Positions 62,323-64,000 of a DNA stretch of 64,000 bases are shown here, piece by piece. Origin of the DNA: Gordius albopunctatus (lineage: Eukaryota). The notes under the pieces are model-generated. The model had not been told where the DNA came from, did no database searches, and saw only the letters and a program-made list of their open reading frames with translations. The first letter of the stretch is position 1, and every line of letters begins with the position of its first letter. Position numbers and translations under genes: made by a program. Location: NCBI GenBank assembly GCA_964276515.1, contig OZ193909.1, forward strand, positions 2,418,001-2,482,000. Direction: 5' to 3'.

Positions 62323-64000
62323 TTTAATTGCCATGCAATTTACGGGCTCGTTTTTTGGTGTCCGTTGTGTACGTCCGTCCGTCCGTTACCCTCCATTTAC
62401 ACCAGCTTCCCGACCTGGAGGTTCGTGTTCAATCCCGGGAGAGGACAAAAATTTTTTTAAATTTTTTAAATTAAATTTATACTTTGTTCTTGTTAATACC
62501 ATATATAATATGACTTTTTGACCGTCCGCTGGCTGCTGACCAATGAAAAAAATGACCATTGGCCAAATAAGTCGAAATTTTTTTTTCGCTTTTGAATTGG
62601 GTAATAACATTGATAATTACCCTATGCCCTCCACTACAAGGTCCTATGCCTCTACTGATATTGGTCCCTGTGCCCCTACAAAAGCCTATGCCTCTATTAA
62701 TGTGGGTTCAAATCCCGGCGAACGTTCTGAATTGCTGGTTCGAATCCCGTAGAGGACAAAATTTATATTTTTTAAATTAAATTAATATTTTGTTCTTGTT
62801 AATACCATTGATAATATAACTTTTTGACCATGCCCTGGCTACTGACCAATGAAAAAAATGATCATTGGCTAAATTACGAATCGAATTTTTTTTCGTTTTT
62901 GAATTGGTTAACATTGCTAATTACCATATGCCCTCCCCTACAAAGGCCTATGCCTCTAATGATATGGGTCCCTGTGCCCCTACAAAGGCTTATGCCTCTA
63001 CTGATGCGGGTTCGAATCGCGGAGAAGGCAAAATTTTTATTTTTTTAAAATTAAATTAATATATTGTTCTTGTTAATACCATTGATAATATGGCTTTTTG
63101 GTCGTCCGCTTGCAGCTGACCATTGAAAAAAATGACCATTGGCCAAAATGTGAATCGAATTTTTTTTCGTTTTTTTTTGACTCGTATGTATTTATAGACC
63201 GTCTCTGGGTACTGACCAATTGAAAAAAATGACCATTGGCCAAAATGTGATTCGAAATTTTTTTCCCTTTTTTTAACTCGTATGTATTTATAGACCGTCT
63301 CTTGGTGCTGAACAATAAAAAAAATGAACATTGGCCAAATTATTTTTAAGTAAAGACTAAAATTTCAAAATGCTCCTCCCAAAATCATTATAAAATAATG
63401 AAACAAATTCTTGATTATTTTATGATAAAAAAACGCCTATTCCTGAAGTGTTTTAAATCAGTTGTTCTTTTTATTATTATCATGCATCAAAACTTTTGGA
63501 AAAGGATTAATTTATTTAATATTTATTTATAGGATTAATTTAATATGATTATATTTTATTAATTGCTATGCAATTTATGGGCTCCATTTCCATTTTGTTT
63601 CTCACGCTGTTCGGTATCTTGTCTTGTCTTGTCTTGCACCGAATGTCTTGTCACGCTGTTTACTTTTATTATTAATTACTATTATTAATTTAACTAGTTT
63701 TTGGGTCGAATCCCGGGTTTTTTTTGACTCTTATGATTGTTCTTGTTACTACCATTGATAATAAGACTTTTGGCCGTCCGTTGAATGCTGACCGATGAAA
63801 AAATGACCATTGGTCAAAATATAATCGAAATTATTTTTTTTCGTTTTTTTTGGCTAACATTGACAATTACCCTATGCCCTCCCCTAGCAGAGCCTATGCC
63901 TCTACTGATATGGGTCTCTATACCCCCCCTACATTATGCCTCTCCAGATCTGTGGTTCGAATCCCGGAGAGGCCAAAAAATTTTTAAAAAAAAATTTTAT
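62323..64000 (+). mobile_element. Further copies of the Helentron/DINE-like family with tandem units, opposite orientation to 47.4-49.8 kb
   Basis: Starts TTTAATTGCCATGCAATTTACGGGCTC then GTCCGTCCGTCC; units are diverged reverse complements of the 48-49 kb units. A second start AATTGCTATGCAATTTATGGGCTC at 63561 has (TCTTG)n in place of (GTCC)n and runs off the window. A non-repeat gap lies at ~63345-63555. Confidence 0.8.

Noticed and set aside
62530..63810. Hammerhead ribozyme in the satellite units (CTGACCAATGAAA / CTGACCGATGAAA)
   Set aside because: Does not match the CUGANGA...GAAA core with stem II and an NUH cleavage site.

Overview
AT-rich, intron-containing invertebrate (metazoan) genomic DNA with many transposon insertions. 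Five host genes were spliced by hand with GT-AG sites and consistent exon phase: CNOT3 (+, 18 exons, ~780 aa); an ankyrin-repeat/SOCS-box gene (-, 3 exons, ~568 aa); TMEM201/Samp1 (+, 9 exons, ~614 aa); a divergent PKA catalytic-subunit-like kinase (-) nested antisense inside TMEM201 intron 2; and a 5'-incomplete mitochondrial-clan cytochrome P450 (-, CYP10-like). Mobile DNA includes a Ty3/gypsy integrase with a probable 3' LTR, two RTE LINE fragments, a decayed LINE, hAT remnants with their MITEs (8-bp TSDs), a near-perfect ~380-bp-arm palindrome, and a Helentron/DINE-1-like non-autonomous family whose interior has expanded into tandem arrays carrying B-box-like and paired CCAAT motifs. The most notable observations are the nested antisense kinase, 34- and 36-nt first introns, the long intronic hairpin and the satellite-generating Helentron-like family. 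Family assignments rest on remembered motifs, not database searches.
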